From the NCBI RefSeq assembly GCF_030684315.1, contig NC_081363.1:26786116-26850115 (forward strand): a DNA stretch of 64,000 nucleotides, read 5' to 3'. Source of the DNA: Stegostoma tigrinum. Its lineage: Eukaryota. The position numbers and the translations under genes were made by a program. This document shows, piece after piece, positions 38,241 through 51,349 of this stretch (positions are counted from its first letter, which is position 1; the number at the start of each line of letters is the position of its first letter). The notes beneath the pieces are model-generated. The model was not told where the DNA came from. It saw only the letters and a list, made by a program, of their open reading frames with translations, and made no database searches.

Positions 38241-39125
38241 GATCTGGCTGCTGACTGCATCACCTCTTAGCCTTCAGGTTTATTAACCACATTCCATGGT
38301 CCCACTCTTTTTTTTTCCCCCCCCCACCAGGCTTTGTGGACAATCAGAATTGGCGGTGTCTCTGAATACCCTTGGAAAATGCAGAATCTGGCACAAGGGA
38401 GTCATTGACTTTCTGTTAACAAATGCGGAGTCTGGCAAGAAAACCTGTCTTCAACCAGAAGCATTTAAATGTCGAAGCACCTCGAGTTAGTGAATACAAT
38501 AAATGATTAACATGTTAATGTTTTGAAGTTTTAAATGAAGCCTGCCTTCCTCTAGCACAATGTTGTCATTTAACTAGATTAATACAGCGAAGTGGGTTGG
38601 GCTTGAATGAAAGACTGCTTGAATTGTGTGAGATGGACAATATACACACATGCAGTCCACATGAGAGCGTGGCAGTGCAGGCTCTTTTTGTGACCTCCTT
38701 GTATATTGAGCAACTATGATTCATGGCATTCTGTTTACCATAGTTGGAGAAATAACGTCGTCAATATTCATGGATAACTAGAATTTAAAGTTTAACATAT
38801 CCTTGGGGCGGGAGGAATGGTTTTAAGTGTGCTGTTTTATGTTGTTTATTTAAATAGTTATTATATTTGTCCTTATGAGAATTTTTGATTTATTTCTTGT
38901 TCTTAACCTAAAGTAACAACATTTTTATGTAATGTGGGAAACTTGTAAATTAAGCTCTTTGGAAAACATGGTGGATTCTTTTCAACTAAGTATGGAAATC
39001 TCTAGAATGTAATTCTAGAACTGGACTACCTTTGTCTTTTACTAGTTGGAACCTGTTTTCGCTTGGGCCTTTTTTTTTTGATATGCGGTTGAGTTAATAT
39101 TCTAAATCTACCTTTTTTGTTCTAG

Positions 39126-39154
39126 TGTCCTATTCGAAATACTTGTCTACACAA
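39126..39154 (+). CDS. Putative 29-nt micro-exon (CPIRNTCLH, VSYSKYLSTQ or VLFEILVYT depending on frame)
   Basis: ccttttttgttctag acceptor and CAA|gtaaga donor. All three frames are open; 25+29=54 nt preserves frame with the upstream micro-exon. Confidence 0.6.
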
Positions 39155-40363
39155 GTAAGATAGGCTGGCTGATCTGCTCTTGATTCTTAAGTCGCCTTGT
39201 CTTGGTGTTTATTAAAGCTAAACTTTTGTAACGTTCCCTCATAATTTTGGTAGTGGTTACCAGGTGAGCACTGAAGAAGCCACTGGACTTAACGTTAACT
39301 GTTTCTGTCTGCAGCTGCTGCTGAGTTTCTCCAGCAATTTTCTTGGCTGTTTTTTGTTGTAGTTACCAGTGCCTTGGTTCAACACCTACAGTCCCTTCAG
39401 GGCTTGAACTGGGAACCAGAACTATGAGCAGTGCTCATGAATATGGTTTGATCAGACCATTGAACAGTTTAAGTGTGACATCCTTTGACGACTTCTGTTC
39501 TGCTTGGTTGTACAGTTCAACATCCGCTTCAACTGCTACCACATAGTGGTCACTAATATGTAGGTGATGGAAATTGAGTCCTCCCCTAGGTCATAGGAAG
39601 ATGGCAAAATTTTGCCAAAAGATTGAGAGGATAAAGTTGAGCATTGAAGCATGTACAATTCTTTTTTTTTTTCTAAAGAAAGTCTATTAGAAACAAAAGT
39701 GCCAATATTAATTGTTCTTTGCTTAATTTGTATATCTTGCAGATTGTGTTCTATTCCCTAACTTGCTTTTAGTTGCACGTGCTAGTCCGGGTTGGATGCT
39801 GGCAAATGATAGTCTTTCTGCTAAGTACACTTTCTTATCTGCAATGTCTGTCACCGTATTAATGGATAATTCAATATAGGAATCTCAGGATTGCAGTACC
39901 CTGATTTATTTTCCCTTAATGTGGAGGGAAGCGGGGCATGAGCCAGTTGACACTTTTTTTTCTGTGAAGTGTTTTGTTCCCTGAACCTCAGCCAGTGCAC
40001 TAGCTTTGCTAACCTCCTGCATGTCCTATATTTGCCCTAGAAAAATTGATGTATCTGAATGGAAGCATGTGTATTGCAGTTGATATGCTCAGTGTCCAAA
40101 AGTTCAGTGAAAAAAGAATCACTGTGAAGTAATAACAAATTGTAACTTCCAGGAAAAGCACTCTGGAAGTGATTCATTAGGTACCCCAGAGCTGGCTGAG
40201 ATTGAGTGTTCGTGTTTGACCTCCCTTTTCCCCCTCTGAGAAGGGCTGATTTGATGGAGGGTTACGTTTCCACTGATCAATTTCATCTACAATTCCCACC
40301 ATTTTGACAACAGGTGAACTGTTCTGTTAAGCTGTCTCATTCAGATGTGCATATTTGAGGGGG

Positions 40364-40690
40364 AGGTGATGGCCTAAGTGGTGTTATTGCTGGACTGTTA
40401 ATCTGCGAGACCAAGAACTGGGTTTGAATCCTGCTGCAACAGATGTGGAATTTGAACACAATAAAAAATATCTGGAATTAAGGGCCTAATGATGACTCTG
40501 AATCCATTGTTGATTGTCAGAAAAACCAATCCAGTTCAGTAATGTTCTTTTTAGCGGAGGAAGCGGCCATCCTTACTTGGTCTGCTCTTTTTTTATACTC
40601 CAGACTCTTAGCAATGCGGTTGACTCTGAACAGCTGTCTGGGCAATTAGGGGTGCTGCCTAGCCAGTGATACTGTCATCCTATTAACAAT
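40364..40690 (+). mobile_element. tRNA-derived SINE (second family) with a tail related to the 54570-type LINE 3' end
   Basis: A box tggcctaagtgg, B box ggtttgaatcc; tail gggcaattagg..gcctagccagtgat. Confidence 0.75.
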
Positions 40691-41169
40691 TTTTTTTTAA
40701 TATCCTGAACTGTCTTTGAGTGCTGGTGTTCTCTGTGCCACTGCATTTCTATCACTCCTTCAATAATGCTCTTGTTAGCCTAGGGCCACACAATCCAATT
40801 GCTGCCATGTAGATGAATTCAGTGCTATGATTCAAAAGCCTGTTTTTGCTGCTCAAGCAAGTGTGGCTCATATTGTGGTAGGACACTGAACCATCAATGT
40901 TGAAGGCAAGTTGTGTTTTTTATTTTTTTAAAAAAGCTATTTTCCTGTCTTTGTCTTTAGCGATTTGACCTAAACCTGCTCTGAAGTCAACATGAATCTT
41001 TTCTTTGATAATGTGTGAATGAATTCTTCCAACTTTTTTAATGGAATTTTTTGTTTGTTTTTTGAGTTTTCTTCACTCTTGTGATTCAAGAATGTTGACG
41101 GACTCATCTGTTTTCTAGAACTCCACTGGCCAAGCATATATGACTGCTGTGAAATCATATCTGGGCCTG

Positions 41170-41860
41170 GGTCATAGCCAAACAGCTCAGAAACAACAGA
41201 TCCTTTTGACCCAACCCTCCATGCCGAGCAGGTTTCCTAGACTGAACTAGTCCCATTTGCCTACATATGGCCACTCCCGCTCTCTAGCACTTCCTATCCA
41301 TGTACCTGTCCAAACGTCTTTTAAATGTTGTAATTATACCTGTCTCTACCAATTCCTGTGGCAACTCATTCCATATGTGAGCCACCCTCTGCATGAAAAA
41401 GTTACCCACTGTGTATCCCTTTTAAATCTTTCCCCTCTCACCATAAACCTATGCCCTCTAGTTTTGTCTGCTTCGTCCTAGGAGAAACATCATCTGACTC
41501 CATCCAGCACCAAGTGGTGTGTTTGATCTTCGCTCTGTTCACTTGTCTAAATTCTCCAGCAACTCGCTGAAGCTTGTTTTGACAGCACGCCTCAATGCTG
41601 GAACTTTGCATCACCTCAACGGATGCAAGCTACAGATACATCTAAGCATTCTTTGTCTCCAAGCTGCAGACACTTCAGATACAAAATTAGCTCACTGTTT
41701 CTTCATTGTCACAGGGCTAAATTTCTGTAACTCCACACCTGGCAATTGCATTGTAGAAACACCACCCCCCCCACCCCCGACATGGCAAAGGCTCCCTCGT
41801 CATTGACCTCATTGCCTCGAGGCATATAAGGACACACAACAAGTTCTGACCTTGCATTTC
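41170..41860. mobile_element. CR1 3' end (~41170-41480, -) adjacent to a second-family LINE 3' fragment (~41490-41860, +)
   Basis: Similarity to 23415-23720 and to the reverse of 54570-54950. Confidence 0.65.
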
Positions 41861-41924
41861 AAGAATGATTTTGATTTTATTTTCAAAAGTTGCACTAGCA
41901 ATTCACAAGGAACAATTATTAAAA

Positions 41925-42108
41925 TAAGTCTGGAGCTGTAGGAATACAGTGGAGCAGGAAAGCTGACGTTTCGGGTCGGGACCCTTTTTCTGACGAGTCG
42001 TGACCTGAAACGTCAGCTTTCCTGCTCTGATGCTGCCTGGCCTGTTCTGTTCCTCCAGCTCCACATTGTTATCTCTGACTCCAGCATTGGCAGTTCTTAC
42101 TATCTCTG
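41925..42108. mobile_element. Palindromic PLE mini-element (family C); + strand hammerhead at 41988-42016; 13-bp TSD
   Basis: gagcaggaaagctgacgtttc / gaaacgtcagctttcctgctc; CTGACGAgtcgtgacctGAAACGTCag. TSD aattRttaaaata at 41914-41926 and 42113-42125. Confidence 0.85.
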
Positions 42109-44104
42109 AGTGAATTGTTAAAATATGTTTGTCACCCTGCAGTTTCAAGCTTTTCCTGTTTGAATTGTTAATCCAAGAATTTTATCAAAGCAAAGCATCA
42201 CACAAGTTGTGTGTATGCAACTTAATTCTGATATGTATCGCTGCTAACATACAAAGAACATTTTTTTTGCATAAGCATAAAACTTCCAAAGATTCCACAA
42301 GTGTTCCTAGAATTGTAGCTATTAGCTTGTTCCTGTTGTCTGTAGAGGCTCTGTTTCGCAGAGTTCAAAAAGATAACATTTTGATTTCTGTCCATCATAT
42401 CACTTTCCTCTTGCTGTGCAGAACTCTGTTGTTTTACAGCTTTTTTTAGTCAGAGAGAGGGAGAGAGAGAGAATTGGCAAATTTCAGTGACACACTCCTA
42501 ATCTTTGTGCATTTCCCAGTCATTGTCTAAGCAGTCTGTATTCTTTAGCAAAGCATCCTTTTGCTTCATGGTGATCATGATTTTCCCTTCACTGATAATT
42601 GCTGCATTTATATCATCATATGAGAATTAGTCACCACCAGTGTATTGAAGAATCATCAATTCCTGGATCTGTAATGCACAGAAGTTACTAAATGGTAGAT
42701 CAAATGCTGTCATCTTAACTAGGTGCCTTTTGTTTTGATGGCAAACCACATCCTCTTGTACAAATGTAATGCTTGATCGATTTAAAGAATTGAGCTGAAC
42801 TAATATGGAATCCAGAGTGATGACTTCTGCATAGAACTTGAATGATATTTGTTTAATTGTGGTGATTAGTAATGGAATGAGATCTCTTCCATCAGTGAAA
42901 TACTGTAATTTGGTGTTTTAAATGCTAATTAGACCCAGTAGTTTTGTGGTAGTTAGATTACAGAGGTTGTGGTTAATAACAATCCCACTATAACTTTGGA
43001 AACTTCTATTAAGCTTTTTAAAAATTTAGAGAATTTTTAGAATAAATCTGGTTTTGGCAAGGTTGCCATTTTTTTGAGACCTGATCTGCCATTGACCTTT
43101 CTAATAATGACCCTTGTTTTAGAAATGATCTAGCCATCATTCACTCACTCACATGGTGTTAAACAAGTATGTCAATTTCACCGCCTCGAGGGACATGGGA
43201 ACATCAACGGGAAGTTGTGCACCGTCTTGATTTGGACATTATTGACCTCCCTTTTAATGATTGTTTGATCAAGATCCCGGAAAACTGCACTTAACAGCAT
43301 TGTGGAGCTACCTTCATCAAACATATAGCAGTGATTCAAGAAGAACCAAAGATATTTAGCAGGTAGAAAATACGTGTGGGCCTTGTCAGTGGTACCCATA
43401 CCCTAAGAGTAAATTGGAAAGAAATAATAGCATATTTTATGTTGTTAGGTAGTGTGAAAGTACTTTCAATACAAGCAATCATTTAACCAAAGAGTTTAAA
43501 AATAAATAGAAAAAAAACCCCTTGGTTTTAAAAAGTTGCAAGATTTACTTTTTTAAGACTTATGTTTTTTGTAACCTTGATGGAAGAGAATTTGACGGTT
43601 TTTATAACCAAGTCTAGTCATGTACATTGTGTTCTCTGTCGCAACCTTGGACATTGTAGAAGTACAGTACAAATCAAAGTTACATATGGCAATTTATATT
43701 CGTCTAAACCTGACTGCACATGTGGATTGTAGTCAATGTATAAGCTTTGTGGTTCAAAACTAATTAGGACTGTTTTTATGACACGGTACCTGAAACTGGA
43801 GAATGGATTCATTATTGCATAACAGATTACTTCTGTTTGAAAAATGGGAGTAACTTTCCATAGGCTTAAATTTCCTACTTTTTTTTTTTGTATGACCATC
43901 TTTTGAACTTAATGTGGCTTCCACTGAAATGAACCTACATATTGGCCTCTAATTTCTGTTTTGGGGGTGTAGAAGTCAGCCAGTTTTCCCATTCTGGAAC
44001 CCTGCAAAAATCCTTGCTGCATATGCCTGAGTGCAAATTGAGGGTAGGTTTGGGCTTGGCTGTGATTTTCCTCTCCTATTGATACTTTGCTGCCAAGCAT
44101 GAGG

Positions 44105-45232
44105 GCCCCATGGTGTTCGAGGTACGCTACTGGCTTGGATTGAGGATTGGCTGTCTGACAAGGCAGAGAGTTGGGATAAAAGGCTCTTTTTCGGAATGGC
44201 AACTGGTGACGAGCGGTGTCCTGCAGGGTTCAGTGTTGGGGCCACAGCTGTTCACCTTGTATATTAATGATCTGGATGAAGGGACTAGGGTGCATTCTGG
44301 TGAAGTTTGCCGATGATGCAAAGATAGGTGGACAGGCAGGTAGTACTGAAGAGGTGGGGAAGCGGCAGAAAGATTTAGACAGTTTAGGAGAGTGGTCCAG
44401 GAAATGGCTGATGAATTTCAATGTGAGCAAATGAGGTTTTGTACTTTGGAATAAAGAATACAGGGATGGACTATTTTCTAAATGGTGAGAAAATTTGCAA
44501 ATCAGAAGTGCAAAGGGATCTGGGAGTGTTGGTCCAGGATTCTCTAAAGGTTCACTTGCAGGTAGAGTCTGTAATTAAGAAAGCGAATGTAATGTTGTCG
44601 TTTATCTCAGGAGGGTTGGGATATAGAAGCAGCGATGTGCTTCTGTGGCTTTATGAAGCTCTAGTTAGGTCCTATTTAGAATACTGTGTCCAATTTTGGG
44701 CCCCACACCTCAGGAAGGACATACTGACGCTGGAGCGTGTCCAGCGGAGATTCACACGGATGATCCCTGGAATGGTAGGTTTAACGTATGATGAATAGCT
44801 AAGGATCCTAGGATTGTACTCATTAGCGTTTAGAAGGTTGAGGGGAGATCTAATAGAAACTTACAAGATAATGTATGGTTTAGAAGGGGTGGTCGCTAGG
44901 AAGTTGTTTCTGTTATGTGGTGAGACTAGGACCCGTGGGCACAGCCTTAAAATTAGAGGGGGTAAATTTAAAACTGAAATGAGACGACATTTCTTCAGCC
45001 ATAGAGTGGTGGGCTTGTGGAATTCATTGCCACAGAGTGCAGTGGAGGCTGGGACATTGGATGCCTTCAAGGCAGAGATTGACAAATTATTCTGAGAAGG
45101 AATCAAGGGCTACGGGGAGAGTGCAGGGAAGTGGAGTTGAAATGCCCATCAGCCATGATTTAAATGGCGGAGTGGACTTGATGGGCCGAATGGCCTTACT
45201 TCCACTCCTATGTCTTATGTTCTTATGGTCTC
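44105..45232 (+). mobile_element. 5'-truncated CR1 LINE, ~1.1 kb (RT core to 3' tail), frameshifted
   Basis: [49 protein letters not shown]; (TCTTATG)n-like tail. Confidence 0.95.
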
Positions 45233-46061
45233 ACTTGGTTGACAAGCAGGAGGGTACCTTTTGGATCATGTAATGGAGCTGAAGCCAGAAACAAGTTTGA
45301 ATGTTTGAGAATCAGATACTTCGTCTTTAAATCATTGGGCAAAGGTCTGCCTGGATTTATAATAAAAAGAAAACTCCTATCATCTGGATGGTTAGATCGT
45401 GAGGATGCAAAACAAAAATCTGAATTATGGGGCATCTGGTGATGTACTATTGGGTCCAAAACTAGCTAAAAACATCAGTGCAAGCTGACTTGTGCAGTGA
45501 GTGGGCGATAGTTTCTCTCTACCGTGCCCACAGCTGCTATTGACTGAAACCATTATGGCACTTTTAATCAGTGTAAGGCTATAATTAATGTTTATTTCAT
45601 GTGGAAATGGTGAAGAGTTGTTTTCATCACTGTGGTTTTTGGTCTTGTTTACTTATAGTGCAAATTTCTCTGGCATGTAGAGGGCTGTGTCCTGCTTTTC
45701 TACTACGAACTTTAATTCCAAATGTGCAGTATTCTTTTGATTTACCATACTGTAAGGGAAGAGATTTTCAGTGTATAAAGGAAGGTATTGCACATAACAA
45801 TGAGTTGCAAAAGTAATTTTTTATTTTAAATATATGCTGAATATCTAGGAGAGATATGATCATGAGGTGGGTCCAAAACCCGAAGCTAACCTTCTGATGA
45901 AAGGGCTTGACTTGTAACACTTTAGTTATTGCCTGACCTGCTGAATATTTCTAGCATTCTCTGTTTTTTTAACTGTTTCCAGTGTTCTGAACCAGACCAG
46001 GCCACTGCACCCCCCCCCCCCCCCCACTGCTCCCCGCCACCCCCAAACACAGCCTAGACCG

Positions 46062-46088
46062 TACGTTTCTCTTATTTTACAGGTAAGT
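46062..46088 (+). other. Candidate recursive splice site: acceptor immediately followed by a donor (cag|gtaagt)
   Basis: tttctcttattttacAG|GTAAGT; AG at 46081-46082, GT at 46083-46084. Confidence 0.35.
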
Positions 46089-46684
46089 GCCAGCCATTGT
46101 ATTCTTGATACAATTCAATTGATCAAACTACAGTCTTAAAGCAGAACACATTTTTATTCATATACTGTAGTTAAGACAATAAAAAGAAGAGATTGGAGTA
46201 ATTTAACTCTATTAGAAAACTTAACAGATTGTTGCAACAGCTACTGTTTAATAGCTAAGTATAGTAACATCCCATAAGCTCACTTTTTTGGCAAAGGCAA
46301 ATTCAGTACAACAGATTTATCTGAAATGCAATATTAGCAGGAGGAAGTGAACCCCAGCTTGTAGCTGTAGCAGGAAGAGGGGAAAACAGCTTCCACATCC
46401 AGCTTCAAGACCCCAGCAGCAACTGAAAGCTCATACTTTTTAAAAAAAAACTCCTGTTTCTGTGGGTGTTTGACCACACCCATTCAGGCTGCTTCTATTG
46501 TTCTAACTTTTTAAAAATAAAAGCCAAGGCCTCAATGTTGCTGACTTGATTGACTTTGACTTTGACTTTGAAGCAGACCTCTCGTGCTCTCTCGGCCTAA
46601 AAAAAATGGACAAAATAGACTCAACGCTATACCAGTGCTTAGCATATGGCCTTTGTTATTTCAGTATGTGCTGCCCACAAGGAA

Positions 46685-47035
46685 AGATGGCTCATTTGGT
46701 AGCTTTCTTACCACTGAGTTACAAGATTCTGGGTTCAGGTGCCACTCCCAGACCTGAGCACAGAAACCAAGGCTGCTACTCCTTCAGTGCAGTATTGAAG
46801 GACTGCTGTCATTTCAAATGAGATGTTAGATTGGTGCCCTGTCTGGCCTACTGGGGATATCAAAATTTCCATTCCACTGATTGAAAAGCAACATGATCTG
46901 ATTATAATCAAATAGCTGTCTTGTGAGTTTGCAAATTAGCAGCCATATTATCTACATTGCAACAGTGATTTCATTTTCTAAAAGTATTCCAATTGCTGTA
47001 AAGTGCTTTTAAGATTTCTGGTGGTTGTGAAATAC
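46685..47035 (+). mobile_element. DeuSINE (SacSINE1/AmnSINE1-related) copy; further pieces at ~27620-27900 (-), ~48045-48290 and ~61260-61510
   Basis: tRNA-like head tggctcatttggtagc..gggttcaggt, Deu-domain-like cagtgcagtattga..gagatgtta, L2-like tail gtaaagtgcttt. Confidence 0.65.
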
Positions 47036-48589
47036 AATTTTACCTTTTTTTAAAAAAATTTTAACTTTCCATGTTTTTGTCATTTGAGTTCTCCACCCAC
47101 CTGCACCCCCCCCCCCCCCAACCTGTGCTTTGTTTTTACTCCATTGATACATGTATATCATCTCTAAAGGTGCTGATGCACACTGGGAATTAGTGGAACT
47201 GATCCTGTCTGCCATCTAAATGATATTGCTTGTATATCCCCCTTGGTGAGTGTCGGTGAAGTATTCGTTATAAAGACTATCATAGTTGACCCTCATTGCA
47301 TCCTTTTAATGATGTGTTTGCAGACGTGTCCATTCTCTGTAGAATCAATCCAGTATTCCAAAAATGTTTTTTTTTTCCCTGCTCCCTAGCCTGCTCTCAT
47401 TTGGGCGAGCTGATCCAATGACTTTCTCAAGTCACTCCTCAGAATGGCACTAAGTGGTAGCATGTTTATGTAGTAATCCACTCAGGAACAATTCATTTAA
47501 AAATAATATGCTCTCCATTGTTAAGTAGCTGTGTTTTCAGTACTTTTTAGTTTCAGAATCCTCTAGTTGATTCTTGGCCTGGTTTACATTAGAAAGCCTT
47601 TAATTATTTACTTGTATGAAATGTACAGGGCCCAAAAATGAGAAACATTCCACTCTACAGCCTTCACAACAGTCACTTAGCTGGTAAGCAGCAGTGTTGG
47701 CTGCTGGGATTATGGCACTGATATCAGTGCTAGTGATTCTTCAGTAAGACACCATTGTCATATTTTTACTGTATAGTGTTGACTTGATGGTGTTAAGAGT
47801 AGAACTGAATTCACAGACTACTTTTGGTGTTTTTGTTCAAGTTATTTCTCCGGTGCTTATCAGTGTAACAACAATGCACTTTATTTAGCATTGCTGTTTT
47901 GTAAATTAAGCATGTAGTATGGAGTTTAATGGTAACTAACAGCCACATGGTTTAATATATGAACTTGGGATCAACAAATTGTCACATCCTGCTTCCAGTA
48001 CCTCATTTCAAAGGCATACAGTAAACTGGGTGATTACTGTGTTAGCCAAAGCTCAGTTGGTGGCACACTCTTCATAAGGATTTGTAAGGTTATTGCTTAA
48101 AAATCTATCCCAGTGCCTTCCTTCCATATTTCAGGCTATTATTTCAATGCATGAAGGACAGTAACACAAGTTGTAGTCTCAGTTGTGATGTTAAACTACA
48201 AAGTCCTCACTATGTTATTCAAAGATGAATAGCTGAGTACTCCTGGTATTATATTAATTCATTAGCCACTATCTCTAAATAGTGCCACCGTAAACCCAGT
48301 GGAATCTCTGGCTGCTTCCTCATCAGAGGAAGATGACTTGTGGTTTCATCTGAGGGTCATGTCTCAAGCAAGAGCTGAGGCTGAGAAGGAGGGTCCTTCA
48401 CTAAAAAGCAAAAAATCTGATAATTCCTATTGAAAGGGTTTTTTCCCCACTGGGCACGTTGGTTGCCATGGTTCCTATAATGACAGTCTTCCAGCAACAT
48501 TGGGTTTGTAGGGTCCTGTGGTTGATAGCAGATTCCCCATCTACAAATGATCATCTGTCATTGAGTCTTCACCTACGAACAGTGCCAGA

Positions 48590-49290
48590 ATCATATGGTC
48601 GTAAGAGTAGACTGTTGGACCCGTTGCATTTGCTCTGTCATTCAGAGATCGTAGCTGATCTGTTAAGTCCTAACTCTGTGTTTCTGCCTTTTTCTCCCCC
48701 ATGACTCTTTATTCAAAAATCTGTCAATTTAGCCTTGAAATATTCTTAATGACCCCACCTTTGTGGTATAGAATTCCACGTATTCGCTCCCCTCAGAGAA
48801 ACAAATCCTTGTCACCTGTCTTCAATGGACAACTAGCTTACTCAGATCATGCTGTCTGTCTGGCCCTAGACACTCCTATCAAACAAATCTCCCATGCTAA
48901 AACCGATCAATCATCCTTTAGGCATTTTCAGGCCAAGGAGCATAACGCCACCACCTTTTCAGTTCTCCAAAGGTACTGTCCTCTCCGTGACACTGAGGTC
49001 CAATCTGCAATGGCACTTGTTTCTGCAAAGCCAGGGATAGCAACATTTTGCCTCTGCCCTTCTCCCTGGCGTTCACCGTTCTGCCAGGTGAAACTAGTAT
49101 ACTTCATAGAAAAACAGAATTGTTACAGCACAGGAGGCCATTTGGCCTTCGGTGTCAACGTGCATCAGGCTGCTTACCCAGTGCTACTTTGCCTGCTCCC
49201 TAAAGCCCTGCACGTTCTTCTTCTGTTTTCTAATTAACCATTAAGTTTTATTTTAAATGTCTCTACTGTACCTGCCTCTATCAGCATTCT
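48590..49290 (-). mobile_element. Decayed CR1 3' fragments
   Basis: Antisense CR1 3'UTR signatures at ~48590-48920 and ~49100-49290. Confidence 0.5.
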
Positions 49291-50459
49291 CATTCTTTTT
49301 TAATTTGCAGAATTGTATTTTCCTACCTTTTCACTATGGTGATCTCCTAATATTGGAAAGGCTACATACAGATACTAGTAATTCTTTTGGCTGAACGTGT
49401 CTGTTCACAAGCATGTCTTGAGCTCCTGGTCATTTGTCATGTTTATTCTCTGTCCCCTACTCATTTGACCCTGTGTCTCTTACATTGATCAGATGAGGCT
49501 CAACATGAGCTGGGGGAACAGAATCTAATCTTCCAGTAAGGCACTTCAGTCTTCCAGACTCCCTATTTGTGTTCAACTGTTTCAGGTAATAGCCATTGTT
49601 CCCATTTTGTTTGTTTTTTAGAACAGTTGTTTGCAGAGATCCTGTTTTTAACTTTGCGTCCTCATTGACCCACCTTTTTTGGTTTTCTTCTTCCAATCCA
49701 CTCCCTCTTACCTTGCACCAGCCCCTTTTGACAGTAACCAATCTCTTTGCTTTTCCCTCCCAATAGTTTTTCACTTGACCCCCTGTTTGACATAAATTGT
49801 GTAGCTTTTTCCAGTATCTGTACTAGGTCTTGCTTAATTTTAATGGGATGAATGGTTTACTGCTTCATCTGTCTTGTGATTTATTGACCAATCATGGCAC
49901 CTGATCCACCAACACCAAGATTTTGAGCTTGAGGGCCATTGCTTTTTTTTAAGATGACACACACATTCACACATTTCCTGTTAAAGAAGACTTCGGACCA
50001 TAGCTCTCAAACTGTAATGTAACATCTGATGATCACTTCTGGTAAAACTGCATTGAATAATGGCTGATGACTGGTGTTTGTGGCTTAAAAATATATTGCG
50101 CTGGCTCCTAGGTTTTTTTTTCAAATCTCTCCATGACCTCTCTTCACACTTCCCCTCTGACCCATGTAAGGATTAAATCTCCAGCAAATTCTGCACTTGT
50201 CAAATTCTAGCATTGCTCATACAATTTATCTAATCACTAGTTCAACTGCAGTCACATGCTCAGAGCAATCTGTCAGACCATGTGTGGGCTGTGCAAAAAA
50301 ATTGCTTGAAGTTGCTTTTATGTTGTGTCTGAAAGTGTAATGGTTTCACAGTCTGGGGACCTGAGGACATAACCATTGATGATGCAATGGCACCATCCAA
50401 ATGCAGGTGGTTATTGCAAAGGGCTTGAGCCCATGAAGTTTTCAGTAAGCCTTTGAGAA

Positions 50460-50735
50460 CTCCCAGAGTTGAAATGTCTAATACTAGGGGGCATGAATTC
50501 AAAGTTTGAGGGGGGGGGGGGAGAATTCAAACAGGATGTGAGGGACAAGTTTTATATTTGCAGAGTGATAGGAGGCTGCCAGGGATGGTGGCAGCAGCAG
50601 ATACAATAGGAGCATTTTAGGCACTTTTTAGATAAGTATGTGAATATGCAAGGAATAAAGAGATGTGAATCAAGGGCAGGGAGGAGGGATTAGTCTAATT
50701 TGACATCATGTTTGGCACAATGTTGTGGGCTGGAA
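50460..50735 (+). mobile_element. CR1 3' end
   Basis: PRVEMSNTRGH-like start and CR1 3'UTR. Confidence 0.75.
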
Positions 50736-51349
50736 ATTTTTTTTAGGTTTATTTGTCACAAATACTGAGTATAAGAATACATAAGTACAGCAAAAAGTGC
50801 ATGAAGTTGCTCATCACTGGTACCTGCTTGGTCACAAAAACCCGAATTAAAAAGATTTAACACCACCAAAAAGGAAGCAAGAGAAAAAGAAAACTTCCAG
50901 ATCTCGGATGCCCAAGCCCCAGCTCCACAACAGTGCAGGTGTCGCTCCAATCACTAGGACACACAGGAGGCTGGCCCGCTCTTGCTATCCCTGTCCCTGC
51001 CCGCGCGTTGAACTCCTGCCACGAGGTTCCTGATGGACCTGACATCTTCTGGACTCTCTACTCTCTGCAGTAATTCAATCCACCCCACCCAACACCACCT
51101 GCCCTTTATCTACCTAGAGAGAAGTTGATTAGAAAGGAACTGGCAAACAGAGTGGAACTCGGAATGGAGTGACTTACCCTGCCCATTCCTGTGCTGTACT
51201 GCTGTGTTCCAGAACTGAAGTCCCAGTTGGCTGCTGGTCCATTCGAAGAAGTGACACTTATTGCTATGTCTGAAGTTTTGAGAATTTCACGTGTTAGTAT
51301 GTTTACTCCAATTTAAATCTGTTTGGAATCCAAGCAGCAGCTAAATTGG

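Noticed and set aside
45893-45970. Functional hammerhead at CTGATGA (also 39271 and 10467)
   Set aside because: GAAAC and stem II are lost; only decayed PLE termini remain.
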